From NCBI GenBank assembly GCA_030141605.1, contig JAQGDQ010000249.1, positions 122,510 through 186,509 of the forward strand: a stretch of 64,000 nucleotides of DNA. Reading direction: 5' to 3'. The DNA comes from Tubiluchus corallicola. Its lineage: Eukaryota > Animalia > Priapulida. The notes under the pieces were generated by a model. It was not told the DNA's origin. It ran no database searches and saw nothing but the letters and a program-made list of their open reading frames with translations. The position numbers were made by a program, and so were the translations under genes. Below are positions 48,378 to 60,467 of the stretch, piece after piece; the first letter of the stretch is position 1, and every line of letters begins with the position of its first letter.

Positions 48378-49229
48378 CTGAAAAGCAATATCGTCTCTTG
48401 AAAAAACACACACTTATAGAAAACCAGCCTATCAAAGGGTTCGCGCGGGGTGTATTAAAACTTTACGATCCCGTAGACTGATAGTTCAGTCCCACCCATC
48501 TCTGTTGTGAATTTATGATTGCTTATGTATTGAGCAGATTAAACAATTACTTGTGGTGTATTAGAAACAGTATTAACCTAGTTTCTACGTGGTCATTATT
48601 AATTACATTTATTTGCAAAGCGCTTATATTCAAGCAGGCTTCTCAACTGCTTGTTGTGTGATACCTTGCACCTGTTCGTTATGTGGCACTATTCCTTATG
48701 AGCTGCGCTCAGTAACTGCCTGTGGTGTGCTATAAAATATGCCCTTTCGTGAATGTGAAAGTACGCACATTTTCCGAGGAGAATATTTTGCGATGCATTT
48801 GAGACTGTTGTGGCAACTTTGCGGTTATCTTGCGACATTTTTCCAAACCTCAGTTGTCCTGCAATTCTTTCTGGGAAAATTCCATAAAATTGCGGAGAAA
48901 TGATCACAATATGCGCAATATTTGCGTTGTCGCACGAGTGCCGCAGAAATTGAAAAAAACGCACAAATGCATAGTGTGAATTTCGTAAGACGTTCTCGCG
49001 ATTTCCGCTCGAGAAGAAAGCCTGTAAATTGCAAAAATGTGGGGAACTTTCCACGAATAATTTGGGACGAAACACAGTCGTGGGAGTTTTTTGAGGAACG
49101 TTGGACTTCCGATCGTTGCAAAAAAGCTGCTGTTCTGTGAAACCCTGGCTTAAACGACAAGCATTCATAGGTAAACTAGATAAACTACACGTGCGAGTTG
49201 AAGCCCAAGCAAACTCAAGAAGCCCAAGA

Positions 49230-49694
49230 ACATGAAGCTTGAAAAATTCGTCTTCAAATTTTATACAACTTACATACTGCATACAGGGCTTGCATGGGCA
49301 GTAAAGCTGTATAAAACTAGTAAATTTAAACTCCCACGAAACATTTCACGTTCTGCAATATGGCTGCCATGACGTTATGCGTGTTTTCAAACAGCGAACC
49401 ATAAATGACCCAGTTCATTTTCTGCGAACTGTGGCTGCCCGATATGCAGAAAAGTCTATGCAGGCGAGTTTTGACTAGGCGATGCACAAAACTGACTTTA
49501 AGTTTAGGAAACTGGAAAGCTTTGCATGTTTTACAGTACTAGGTCTCCATTGCTTAAAGCACAAGAAAACCCTCCACTTACATGAAGCTTAAAAAATTCG
49601 TCTCGAAATTTTATACCACTTACGTACCACCTTTTTGCATGCAGGGCTTGTAATGGCCGAAACGCTGTATAAAACTACTAAATTTAAACTCCCG
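49230..49694 (+). repeat. Diverged direct repeat pair (~105-115 bp)
   Basis: acatgaagctt..aaaattcgtct..aaattttatac...cagggcttg...gctgtataaaacta.taaatttaaactccc at ~49230-49334 and ~49580-49694. Confidence 0.7.
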
Positions 49695-50222
49695 TGATGA
49701 CCGTTAGACGCAGCCATTTTGATAGTAGGTCATTTGAGACAACATTGAGATAACATTGAGTAAAGTTTGAAAAAATAATCAGAGCATTCATAGCACATAC
49801 GTTACTAACTAAGTAAAATTTTAATTACTGTATCTTGTCGATAAGATTAAAAATAAATTTTTTGGTTAGTGAGTGGTGCACCTTGGAGGGTGAGTCAGCG
49901 ACATTTTACCAATTGGTGAAAACATTTTAAATAATTGATAATTTTCTTTTTTAGTTACATAAATCTCTCTAGCAGGTAAGTGAAATGCTAAATAATACAG
50001 ATTTGCATGGAAAGTTTTTAGGGAAATAATTTAACGTTTCCTTTTCTTCTCCTGATTTACGTTTGGTACATGACGTCATGTAATGGCGACATCGGAACAG
50101 TATTGTGGGAGATTTAAAATGAAAACAAACAAAAAATCCTTTCAATGCGAGTACGGTATACGCGTAAAATTGCTGTAAAGTAATGTAATCTTTAAAGTGA
50201 TTTTTCTGAAACCTACTTCAGG

Positions 50223-50760
50223 CTGTAGCGGATAGCCCTATAGGCTGAATAGGCTGAAGCCTAAGGCCCGGGATCAAAAGGGGCCCGGCAAAATAAAACG
50301 AAAAAAATTTTTTTGTTGTAAAAAAATAAATTGACAAAAGAGCAAGGGGCCGCCAAAATAAAATATAGAAAAAAGTTTTTTTTTTCAAAAGTTAGTCACT
50401 ATATTTCAAATCGGGTTTACACAAATCAAGTTTATACAATTTAAGTTTACACAATTCACGTTTACACAGTTTAAGTTTACACAATTCAAGTTTACACAAT
50501 TCACGTTTACACAGTTTAAGTTTAAGTTCAAAATTTCAGTTTCCGAATTTTTCTGGGGACAAAGTCAGTTATAATTTCTGAAAAGTCCATTTTTTTCAAC
50601 ATATCTGACTCAATATGCATCAGTGATAAATTGTTTAATTTGTCATCCTTTACAAACGACGAGAGCTCCACAAAAACACGTCAGCTCAGCAGTGTAGCAA
50701 CATTTAAAAGGCCCGTTCCAAGCTCAAGCCTAAGGCCCATAAAATCATAATCCGCCACTG
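50223..50760. mobile_element. hAT-type MITE with internal 15-bp tandem repeat
   Basis: Termini ctgtagcggat / atccgccactg; 8-bp TSD acttcagg / acttcggg (7/8); internal (gtttacacaattcaa)n at ~50415-50525. Confidence 0.75.
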
Positions 50761-51095
50761 ACTTCGGGTACCTCTTTTCTTCTCTTTTAAATGAGTATTG
50801 CTTTGGTAAATTCGTCTACGAGTGTTTCTGACTTGGCGAGGAACTCACAAATTATGCCTGTCTAATTACACACATCTTTGCGGTTTATGTAGTTTACTGA
50901 CCGAACTCAGGATTGCTTAACTTCTATCGGTAAGCATTCTCGGCTACGATCAGTCAACTAGCCTAACAGCCTAAATAAAGAACTAATTCTGGGCATTTAA
51001 CTGTAAAAAATACGATGGCAAAATAGCAAGATCTGCAAAGTGACAAAAATAATGAATAAATTATGGAAATTTTCATAATGTAATAATTGGTCAAC

Positions 51096-51193
51096 CCCAA
51101 AAAGAACGGCTGTCGGAAACAATCCGGCGCTCCAATTACGGCAGCTATGTGAGCGGAAGTGAACATCGGTTCAGCACGGCACATATCACAGGC
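51096..51193 (-). CDS. PLA2G6: PLA2G6-like coding exon 3 (98 nt)
   Basis: ataatttcag|GCC TGT GAT...TTG GG|gttga; ACDMCRAEPMFTSAHIAAVIGAPDCFRQPFFLG (cf. recalled human [24 protein letters not shown]). Phase 0 in, phase 2 out. Confidence 0.85.
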
Positions 51194-51782
51194 CTGAAAT
51201 TATAAAGGAAAATGGTTAAGACAGTTTGGCCATGGTCAGATTTAATGCCAAATAAATACCCAGTTTCCTGTCTGTAAATTTGCATGTTTTTAGGGTCCGG
51301 CTTGGGGTCCCGTGGCATTTGTCCCCTCCACCAATGGGCGTTACGCCACTGCAGACAGGGGACCCTGGTGCACTGCTTTGCCCCGGAGAGATGTAATGCT
51401 GTTAAGGCCGCCTAGCTTTATCATTAATTTAATGCATCATGCAGTTGGCATAATTTGCCTGAAATCTGTGCACACCATCTTTTATCAACTAAGCTAAACT
51501 AAGCACATTATTTGATTGATTTTAAATTTACCAGAAAAGTACTTAATGTTGAAATCAGATTCGCTTCAAATTTGTAATCGTGAAATTCGATTCGAAATCG
51601 AAAAATTTCCAATTCAAATTTCGATTTTTGGTAGCGTACACTGGTCCCTAGTTGCTATAAAAAAATATCGACATCCAAAACACGCAAGTTTCAACCCAAA
51701 TTACAACAGCTCACATTCAGTTTAGTTCCTTATTATAAAAAGTAGCTCTAGAACAAAAAAATAATAATAACGAGAAGAAATA

Positions 51783-52249
51783 CAGTCAACCTCGGGTATG
51801 AGGTACTCGCTTATAAGCTACCACCAACACTGGTCCCGATTTTTCGTAATGTTTTTCCCATGTAAAAATTTTCGTATATAAGGTACTCGGATATAATGGA
51901 CAATATCTTCAGGTCCTACGTAATAGAAACCCAGGTAAATTACCTCGCATATAAGCGACCCTATGATCAAAGTGAAATTGATCAATTTTTAACATGAATT
52001 TTTTGCAAACTCGGCTTTCGAACAGCTCGGTTTCCGTGGTCACACACATCTCGCATCACTGAAGGAGCTTCCTACATACCGTTTGCACTGAATGTGTAGC
52101 AATAATCCATAAAAATATGGATAAAAGTACAGAAAAGTACAGGTCTAGATACACCCTCGGTCTGACTCAACTTCGGCTATAAGGGACATCGGATACGAGG
52201 GACGATTTTTTTCCGGTCCAAAGGTGTCCCTTATATCCGAGGTTGACTG
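51783..52249. mobile_element. pogo/Tigger-like MITE
   Basis: TIRs cagtcaacctcgg / ccgaggttgactg flanked by TA on both sides; no coding capacity. Confidence 0.85.
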
Positions 52250-52283
52250 TAAAACCGCCGATTTTCGCCCGGTACACTTTCAC

Positions 52284-52404
52284 CTTTTGCAAAATGACTA
52301 AGTCGAAGACGGGTTTGCTGGTCGTGTCAAAAATCGGCTGCAGACGATTGAAGTACAGCTGGAAAGACTGGTCTGCTTCTGTTTCGTTGAAGGTCCTTAA
52401 CAAA
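52284..52404 (-). CDS. PLA2G6: PLA2G6-like coding exon 2 (121 nt)
   Basis: gttcttctag|T TTG TTA AGG...CAA AAG|gtgaa; LLRTFNETEADQSFQLYFNRLQPIFDTTSKPVFDLVILQK (cf. recalled human [25 protein letters not shown]...VLQ). Phase 2 in, phase 0 out. Confidence 0.87.
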
Positions 52405-52624
52405 CTAGAAGAACAAAACTTAGGATCACACAAGCGCATCGAATTCTAAATTCACTAGAACGACAAGACGACGCTGTTTACATGAACATAACGTTTATTT
52501 AAGACTAATTTTAAAATGTAGATTAATGTGTATCAGAATTTTGAAAATATTCCAATACAATGCAACATTTTTGGACAAAGTTTGGACTTGGCCTATTGGC
52601 AGCTGTTACTGTATAACGTCACGT

Positions 52625-53372
52625 GTGAACAGTGTTTTTTGAAACAAAGAAAAAGTGTGAGCAACGGTTTTTGCAAAATATTGGCAGTGTGAACAGTACT
52701 TTTTAAAATACTAGAAGTGAGGACAGTGCTTTCCAAAATTTTGATACAGTGTAAACAGTGCTTACCAAAATTTTGAACAATTTGAACAGTATTTTTCAAA
52801 ATATTGGAAGTGTAAACAGTGCTTACCAAAATTTTGAACAATTTGAACAGTATTTTTCAAAACATTGGAACTGTAAACAGTGCTTACCAAAATTTTGAAC
52901 AATTTGAACAGTATTTTTCAAAACATTGGAAGTGTGGGCAGTGCTTTCCAAAATTTTGGAACAGTGTTTACCAAAATTTTTGTACAGTGTGAACAGTATT
53001 TTTCAAAAAATTGGAAGTGTGGGCAGTGCTTTCCAAAATTTTGGAACTTTTGTACAATGTGAACAGTATTTTCCAAAATATTTGAAGTGTAAACAGTGAT
53101 TTTCAAAATACTGGAAGTGTGGACAGTGCTTTCTAAAATACTAGAAGTGAGAACAGTGCTTTCCAAAATTTTGATACAGTGTAAACAGTGCTTACCAAAA
53201 TTTTGATACAGTGTAAACAGTGCTTACCAAAATTTTGTACAATTTGAACACTATTTTCCAAAATATTGGAAGTGAGGACACTGCTTTCTAAAATTTTGGA
53301 AGTGTGGGCAGTGCTTTCCAAAACACTGGAAATGTGAACAGTGCTTTACAAAGTCTTGGTGCAGTGTGAACA
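52625..53372 (+). repeat. Degenerate ~30-bp minisatellite
   Basis: Recurring gtgtaaacagtgctt(t/a)ccaaaatttt / gaacagtatttttcaaaa units. Confidence 0.85.
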
Positions 53373-53760
53373 CTGAAGTTCTGTTCTGTTTCAGAAGTGT
53401 CTGCACCGGTCGTAATGTTTTTATTTGCCGACAAGTAACCAAATACAAAGTGTAGCACAAGAAATAGGTCACCCATATTGCTTATCACTGAATCGGATGC
53501 CCCCCGACACATTAAGTGCCTTTCAATGTCGGTTCAGTCCACATACAAACATACCACAGATGCGTAAGTTCCTTAGGTAAACATGTGCAAACTATAGCTT
53601 GTTTACAAGCACAATGGAATGCAATTGATTATTAAAATACCATAAAATTTGAAGCAAATGAGTCCAAAATTCAGAAATAAAATTTAACAACTAAAGTTTT
53701 TATCATCTAAAACATGAAATATAATAAAATAATACTTTAGTGAAAATCGCATATATTAAT

Positions 53761-54135
53761 TCTACTGGTATATATATATATATATAAGATTCGCGGCTAC
53801 AGCTCCAACGACGGCACCATTTGTGGCGATCTATACATCAAACGAAAGGTCTCGATCTAGTGTCGTGCCATTGGGGGTTTATTATTCGAATCGGGCCCAC
53901 TGGGACGAACGGGGGAAGAAAAACCTCCAAAAATGGCCATCTTTCGGCCGTTTTTCGCAAAAGTTATACGTCTGAGATCTGAAGAACGGGAATGGGCCGA
54001 GGGTGGTGCTGGCTATGGATAGATAGCCCATTCAGCGGTGGGTGTAGTAGGCATACTTAGAATTCGCGAGAGGGCCACGGAGTCCCGTAACGGGCATTTT
54101 CCCGGACACAACTCGCGATTTTTTCGAAATTTTGG
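53761..54135 (+). mobile_element. Possible truncated non-autonomous element (Helitron-like 5' end)
   Basis: TC...(TA)n start followed by an abruptly GC/CpG-richer block. No 3' hairpin-CTAG end found, so the class is uncertain. Confidence 0.3.
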
Positions 54136-54586
54136 TCAAACAGACTGCAGAAAAACGTTCTAGCGGCGCCTGGTGGGACTCTCGTAAAATATTATTTCTC
54201 ACAGCAGGAGAGACTTTGATGACAAAGAATTTCTACCTTTGTAACCAATCTTACAGCACAGAATGTAAACACATGCTCTAACAAGATTCCAGTCTGAGCA
54301 AATGTTTGCATTCCATGTATAAACAGCAATAAACTAAACCCTGATTTAATGTTTTAAAAAAACAGCAAGCTACAACTGCATACAGTATTAACTGGCTTTA
54401 AGGAAACAATCCAGTAAGATGAACAAATTGATAAAATTCATCAACTCGGCTTCATTAGATGAGTTTGAAGCCAATTTAAATGCTGAATGGGTTGGTATTC
54501 CAACCTTGCAAGTTTGTGTTTCGGGATGGTGAAAATCCCAGTTTATACTTAACGGCAACTAATAGCGCTTATCCGGTTTTACAAGA

Positions 54587-54730
54587 GGTGGTATAACTCA
54601 ACGCTACTGTCCTCGCTTCACACTCGAGAGGTCGTGGGTTCAACTCCCTATCGGGTCATACCAAAGACTTGAAAAATGGTAATGCTGGTTCTTCGACCTA
54701 CCGCGCAGGTTAATCGAAGTATCATGTGGG
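54587..54730 (+). mobile_element. tRNA-derived SINE (head and core)
   Basis: A-box-like GGTGGTATAACTCAA and B-box GGTCGTGGGTTCAACTCCC, followed by GGGTCATACCAAAGACTTGAAAAATGGTA, a core I recall from MetaSINE-type elements. 3' end not defined. Confidence 0.65.
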
Positions 54731-55496
54731 TCATAATAATCAGGAGACACCTTGGAGTTAAGTCCTGATTTGCTTAAGGCGTTGTTCCCGGACGGAAATT
54801 ATTAAGTAACTTTAGGAAACGAAGCATAAGCTCATACTGCTTAAAGGACATGAAAATGGCCAACCAAAGTAAGACTCAGAAAATTTGCAATAAAAAATTA
54901 TATCACCTAAGTATAACCTTAAGCGAATAAAGTACTCATGTTTTCGCATTTACTCCAATTTTTGTAAAATATTTCAACCGCTGCAGTAAACGTTGGCGCA
55001 GACAGGTTTCAATTGAAAAGCCAGCATGTGACTGATCACGTGGCATGACATCACTCGAACACACTCGCAGTGAGTTCTAATCACGTGTACTATAAAGTTA
55101 GTACACTTTGTGAGAATCAACAGTCAGAATCACTTTGTGTCGTGATTCTGTGACGCCATCTAATATGGCACCGCCGTGACAGTCTCACGGGAGTATTTAA
55201 AATGAAAACAAACAGGAGTATGATAACGCGAGTATGATAAACGCTTAAGATTGCCTCTAACCGTTATAATTCTTTAGCAAAAATTTTCTGACACTTGCTT
55301 TAACTAGGCCTTTTCTTGTCCTTTAAAAGGTCAAGTAATTTCTGCAAACACAGCCTGTACTTAACACGTCTTACAGACATTACAGAAACGCAAGACATTT
55401 CGGCGGCGTTTAGAAATTCAATAAAAATCATAATCATTATGAGAAGAACTTTTGACTCTCAAATTTTGTAGGAAATCTGTTTTGTAGAAAGCTTAC

Positions 55497-55711
55497 CTGA
55501 AAAATTTCAGTGGAGGCGTGGTATTCTGAACGACGATATCGAACTGTCTGGTAGCAACAAAGTAATAGCCAACAAAAAGCCCCTTTTGCCAAACAGTTTT
55601 CTCCTTCAAGTAATGATTACGATCTCTTTCCAGCACTGCGTACGGAGAGGAAGGCTCCGATTCATTCCCAAAAAAACTTTGAATGGCTTTCGTTATTCCC
55701 AGGAAACTCAT
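55497..55711 (-). CDS. PLA2G6: PLA2G6-like first coding exon (CDS part 215 nt)
   Basis: MSFLGITKAIQSFFG...SPYAVLE...RQFDIVVQN...KFF(S) parallels recalled human MQFFGRLVN...NPFRVKE...TWDCVLVN...GFR. Donor AG|gtaagc at 55496; acceptor ttttctgtag at 55781 implies a non-coding exon upstream. Confidence 0.85.
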
Positions 55712-57155
55712 GGCTAGATTTTTGTCGTTGTTGTGTCCGTGCTTTCTCAAACGTGCCTAAAGTTCTGGTTTACAGCAAGCCTACAGAAAACATAACAGCA
55801 TTGTAAATGCAGCAACAGATAAGCGATAATTATATCACACAATACAGTGAGATCTATTCTTTTTGCTCAAGTTTCTACTTTTGTACTAGTGATCATTTTA
55901 TTTGTAGTTCGTAAATTCACCTACAATATTATTGTTTCTGCGTGCCCTTCAGCAAGTAAGCAATGAAATTTGGTACAGTATAAACAGTCGGCCCCAAATT
56001 ATACAAAATCGGGTAGAAATGAGCTTAATAGAACACTACCAAAACTGAATATGGTGCCTAACTTAATTCGTGTTTGCATAACTAACTTTATCATGACTCA
56101 TGGAAGCTGACATACTTCTATCCCAGAATACCACACTCAGTGTACAAAACATTTTTTTTGTTTTTTAAGCAACGTTTAAGTGAACTCTGCAAAACACAAA
56201 AACCGATACATAATTTCTTTGCACGAAAATTTATTAAAGTTATTTTTGGTAGTGTGCATAACCACTAATTATCAAAAAACTATTTTGAAAAAGTAAAATT
56301 TAGTAGGCAATACTTTACAACAGAGGACAGCACAGACTTAATTCTACGGCGGTTGCGCGTAATATTTTAGGGAAGAGAATGATGTTGGTGAAAGTTTTTG
56401 TAATGTCTTTTACAAAGACTGGACCAGTTGGATAAACGAGTTGGATATGAATGTCTTGAGAAAAGATGTAAGTTATATTATGTATTTCCTTTTTTCATTA
56501 GGTGTGCTTTCATTTTAAAGGTGACGTGTGATATGTGGCATTCAGCAATCGATATGCCAACGCCATTTCGATATACTCCGATGGCTAATAATAGGTTAAA
56601 TTTTATTAAGCATTTATTACCACCAAGATGTTTCTTAAAAGTTACTCATTTGGCATTCCACATTAATACTTTTGTTTGACGTAATAACTTTTTAAATTAA
56701 AAAGCATTAGCCATGAACAAGGTAGGCCCTACTAACTTGAGTGTGCATAATTAGGCCAATGTACTTTTACTAATTGGGTTTCAGTTTTTGTTGGAACACT
56801 TGCATTTTACGTCTCCAACGTCAAAAATTAAGGAGATTGTGAAATGGCTGATTTAGTTTGGTGCCAGCTGTTAATAACATTCATGCATACACGTATACAC
56901 TTTAGAGCAAACCGTAATATAAGTTCTATATTGTGCATTTTAATTTAGAAATATATTGCCAGGTGGCGGTTCATCCATGGAGGTTTTTCTGTGTAGTCCT
57001 AATAGAATAGTATACAAACTGTGTTTGAACATCCTTTGCCAGTTTGACAGAAAAGTCATAAATTAGTTTTTTTTAGAAAAGAATAGGTTTCTCCAAATGC
57101 CGTATTAAGCTAATATAGTGAAGATGTATCAGCTACCAGTAAAAGCATAATTTAT

Positions 57156-57530
57156 TCCTTACCTACGTTCTATCAACTAGAGGCTGTTTTCCTTGGAGAC
57201 CTGCTACGGATATTGGTACAATCCGGCTCGAAAATTACACTGTCTCCCTGGCATTTTCACGGGCCGACAGCAGTGCACCGGACAGTGCTAGAGCCGTGGT
57301 GCTTTACAGGAACAACATTCCTATCTCCGGACAAACCGATTCCAGGGAGTGCACCCCTTACAAAGAAAAGACAACTCTTCCCGGGACTACCGCCGACGTC
57401 TACCAGTTCATTTGCGTTGCCGCACTGGACCCCGAAGGACCGATCTCCGTATTCGGGTTAACCCGATTCCCTTTCGACCTTTGGCGGGCAACGAACAGAT
57501 GGATTGCCCCCACTTTGGAACGGATCTTCT
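57156..57530 (-). pseudogene. Isolated, degraded 28S rRNA fragment (around D7-D8)
   Basis: Reverse complement of conserved LSU motifs: TCGAAAGGGAATCGGGTTAA, GAAGAGTTGTCTTTTCTTTGT, CCCTGGAATCGGTTTGTCCGGAGATAGG, GCAGGTCTCCAAGG..AACAGCCTCTAGTTGATAGAAC..GTAGGTAAGG. Small deletions in conserved cores; no flanking rDNA. Confidence 0.9.
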
Positions 57531-58133
57531 GGGCATCCGATGTAATTAATTCAGAATTAGAGATTCTAAGTTCTGCGGGGATTTCCGACACATTTCAAAT
57601 ACAAAGTTGAAGGATTTAGCTGAGTGGTGACATTGTGCACTTGTAGTTTTGTATAAGTTAAGTTGTCGTCTATAGAAGCACACCTCTATAGACTCACATT
57701 CGTAAATTTCCAGTATTTTCTTAACCTTCTAGATGGTTGGGTTCATTTCAGTTCGCACAAAACGCTAGGATCTAGGAATAAAATTACAATAAGCACGTCG
57801 TGTAATTAGCAAAATCACTTTAAAGTTGTAATCGCTTCGTGCTCGGACGCTCCCGTTTTCAATGCCCATTCTTCTTTCATCCACGCGATTCGCCTGGAAG
57901 AAAAGTAGCGCACTGTCGATCTTCGTCAAAGTATAAGTTCTTACATAAACATTAGTTAGTTGATTTTGTAACATTTTTAGCTGAATATTAGGTAAGCTGA
58001 AGAAGTCTGAACTAGTTTAAGCAGCGCGCATGGACGCGCTTACGAAAAATCACGAATCTCCCAGTTATGTCATAATTTTTTTTCAAACAAATTGTTGTGC
58101 AACTACCACGCCTGGAAATTCCTATTCACAGGT

Positions 58134-58192
58134 ATTGTTGTTGTTGTTGTTGCTGTTGCTGTTGCTACTGCTGCTCCTGCTCTTGTTGTTGT
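58134..58192 (+). repeat. (TTG/CTG)n trinucleotide tract
   Basis: Direct reading. Confidence 0.85.
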
Positions 58193-58522
58193 TTATGGGT
58201 AATTGTAGCTCGATTGGTAACCAAAAATTTCAGAAGATACAATAATTTACATTGCCCAAAGTAGTCTCCGTACGAAGGGGACAACGTAGTGCAGCACATC
58301 ATATAGTGCATTAATGTAAGTGTAGAGATTAGTACTAAACTTTATGTACCTATGACAATAATAATATATAATTAAATTGTTTCAGACTTGTGTTTCATAA
58401 AGTGTTTTGCAGGTTTCCTTGTTATAGTTTTCTAAGTTTAAGCGATAACGGTAAAATAAACCCAAAGTGCAAAACGACTTGTCCTTTCCTTTAATATGGC
58501 CTTGATTTAAGAGCGGCTAATA

Positions 58523-59022
58523 CAGGGGTGTGCAAATTATCCGACTAGCCGGGCCACATTAAACTTTCCCGCAATTCCTGCGGGCCACAGGCAGTTTGAT
58601 CAAGGAGCCAAGTACAGAAAGGCCTAATAACGACTTTTTTGCATCCGACCTGCGTACATCATTACTACTACACTCAAGAAACTATTTTAGAAGTTATTAA
58701 AATTTATATTAAAAACCATATATTTCTACTTTCAGGACAGATAGTGGTAATTTCATTACAATGCATATTAGTAATGTGTATCACACAGTCTGTGTAGTAC
58801 AGTGACATTAAGTTACAACCATCTTGTAAGGGTTAATGGCATCCGATCTAGTAGAAAAAACTACCCGCACTATCTTTGGGATCGTGGTACGGACTTCAGC
58901 TGGATACACTCAATTAATCGCCAGGGCCGCACTTTCATTAGGTTGACAAATCTCTTCGCGGGCCACACAAACTCTTTTGGCGGGTCGCAAGTGGCCCGCG
59001 GGCCGCAATTTGCACACCCCTG
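58523..59022. mobile_element. hAT (Charlie-like) MITE, 500 bp
   Basis: Perfect 16-bp TIR caggggtgtgcaaatt / aatttgcacacccctg; subterminal gggccac / gtggcccgcgggccg; 8-bp TSD ggctaata / ggctaatc (7/8). Confidence 0.88.
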
Positions 59023-59546
59023 GGCTAATCCCTAATCGCACTCTCGTTATCGGGAATTTTCCCTTCCCTCACTCTTTGTTTGTCGTGGTTCGTATCTAGT
59101 GTGTACAATGTAATGGGTTTCTTCCAAAGCGTGTCAACTTAAGCAGAGCTGCAGCTATCAGACGCAATTAAATATGTTACCCTGGCAACATCAGCAGTGA
59201 TGCGGATGCTGCGCTCTTGGCTTCGCGTGGGTGTGATGCTACTACAGGTTGGAGTGTGGGGAAACGTTGAGAAACAGGAGTTAATGATTATTAGATTTGA
59301 CAGTCAATTATGCGTTTTATTACAGCACTCACTTGTCTACCTTTACCCTTTTGTCACATCCGCCCACGCGTCAAGATGATTTTTCCACTAAGAACAGCTG
59401 CTGAATTGATCATACGTGGGTGAGAAGCATGTTTGCGTAATACATTGCATCATCTGCTTTACTTGGTTTACTGCTGGCTCATCTGTTGTGAAGCTCAACA
59501 TTTCTTGATATAATTTTTATTAATCATTAGTTTTTAATTGGGTCAT

Positions 59547-59817
59547 TCTCCACAGAACGTACAATTTTTCTCCACAGAACGTACAATTTTTGTCCACAGA
59601 ACGTACAATTTTTGTCCACAGAACGTACAATTTTTCTCCACAGAACGTACAATTTTTGTCCACAGAACGTACAATTTTTCTCCACAGAACGTACAATTTT
59701 TGTCCACAGAACGTACAATTTTTCTCCACAGAACGTACAATTTTTGTCCACAGAACGTACAATTTTTGTCCACAGAACGTACAATTTTTCTCCACAGAAT
59801 GTACAATTTTTGTCCCA
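59547..59817 (+). repeat. 22-bp minisatellite, ~12 copies
   Basis: Unit TCCACAGAACGTACAATTTTT(C/G); period 22. Confidence 0.97.
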
Positions 59818-60409
59818 GGATAATTTTTTTTTAAATAACAAAGTTTCTGGTGCAATACTGTCTCATGACTGGTAGACGTCAAAGAAAGAGACTTATTCCA
59901 GTTGTATGTGTTACCTCATTAGTCATTGTTGTTACCTTGTCATTCCTGTTATGGCCCAAAATTTCTCTATAGTTCTGAAGCAGAATCTTCTTCTGAGCAG
60001 TGAAGTGGCACATCTAATTCATTTTTATTACCATTACATTTGTACAATGTAGTATGTTTTCATCCTTCTTCGTAAATGAGCTACGTCCATTTAAGATGCA
60101 TGTCAGATGCAAACACTGTCTAACAAACGTGAAAACCAGTACAACGTATAAAAATGTTGAATTTGTACTGTAGAGAATGACCCAATTATTATCAATAGTC
60201 ATATTATTACATTCTCTTGTTAAAACATTAAAAATCCCACGCAAGAAATTTCAGCTATAAAACAAGTTTATTTATTTCTATGCAGTCTAAACTTTCACCC
60301 TTGAACTAGTATGCATAACATTTACCTTCATTGAATTGCTGGCTTCCTTGCTTCATGGAAAATACTTACCTGGGCAGTTGGGTTTTACAGATCACATTGT
60401 AAGCATGTG

Positions 60410-60412
<3 letters not shown>

Positions 60413-60467
<55 letters not shown>

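Noticed and set aside
48689-49282. 197-aa minus-strand ORF
   Set aside because: No recognisable domain; intronic, overlaps repeat-like DNA, and is not needed for the PLA2G6 frame.
54587-54660. tRNA gene
   Set aside because: No complete cloverleaf or acceptor stem, and it continues into a SINE core.
59520-59882. Overlapping Cys-rich ORFs (KNCTFCG repeats)
   Set aside because: Artefact of a stop-poor 22-bp minisatellite read in all frames.
60362-60373. ATACTTACCTGG matching the U1 snRNA 5' end
   Set aside because: Similarity stops after about 12 nt; it is simply the complement of a consensus splice donor.
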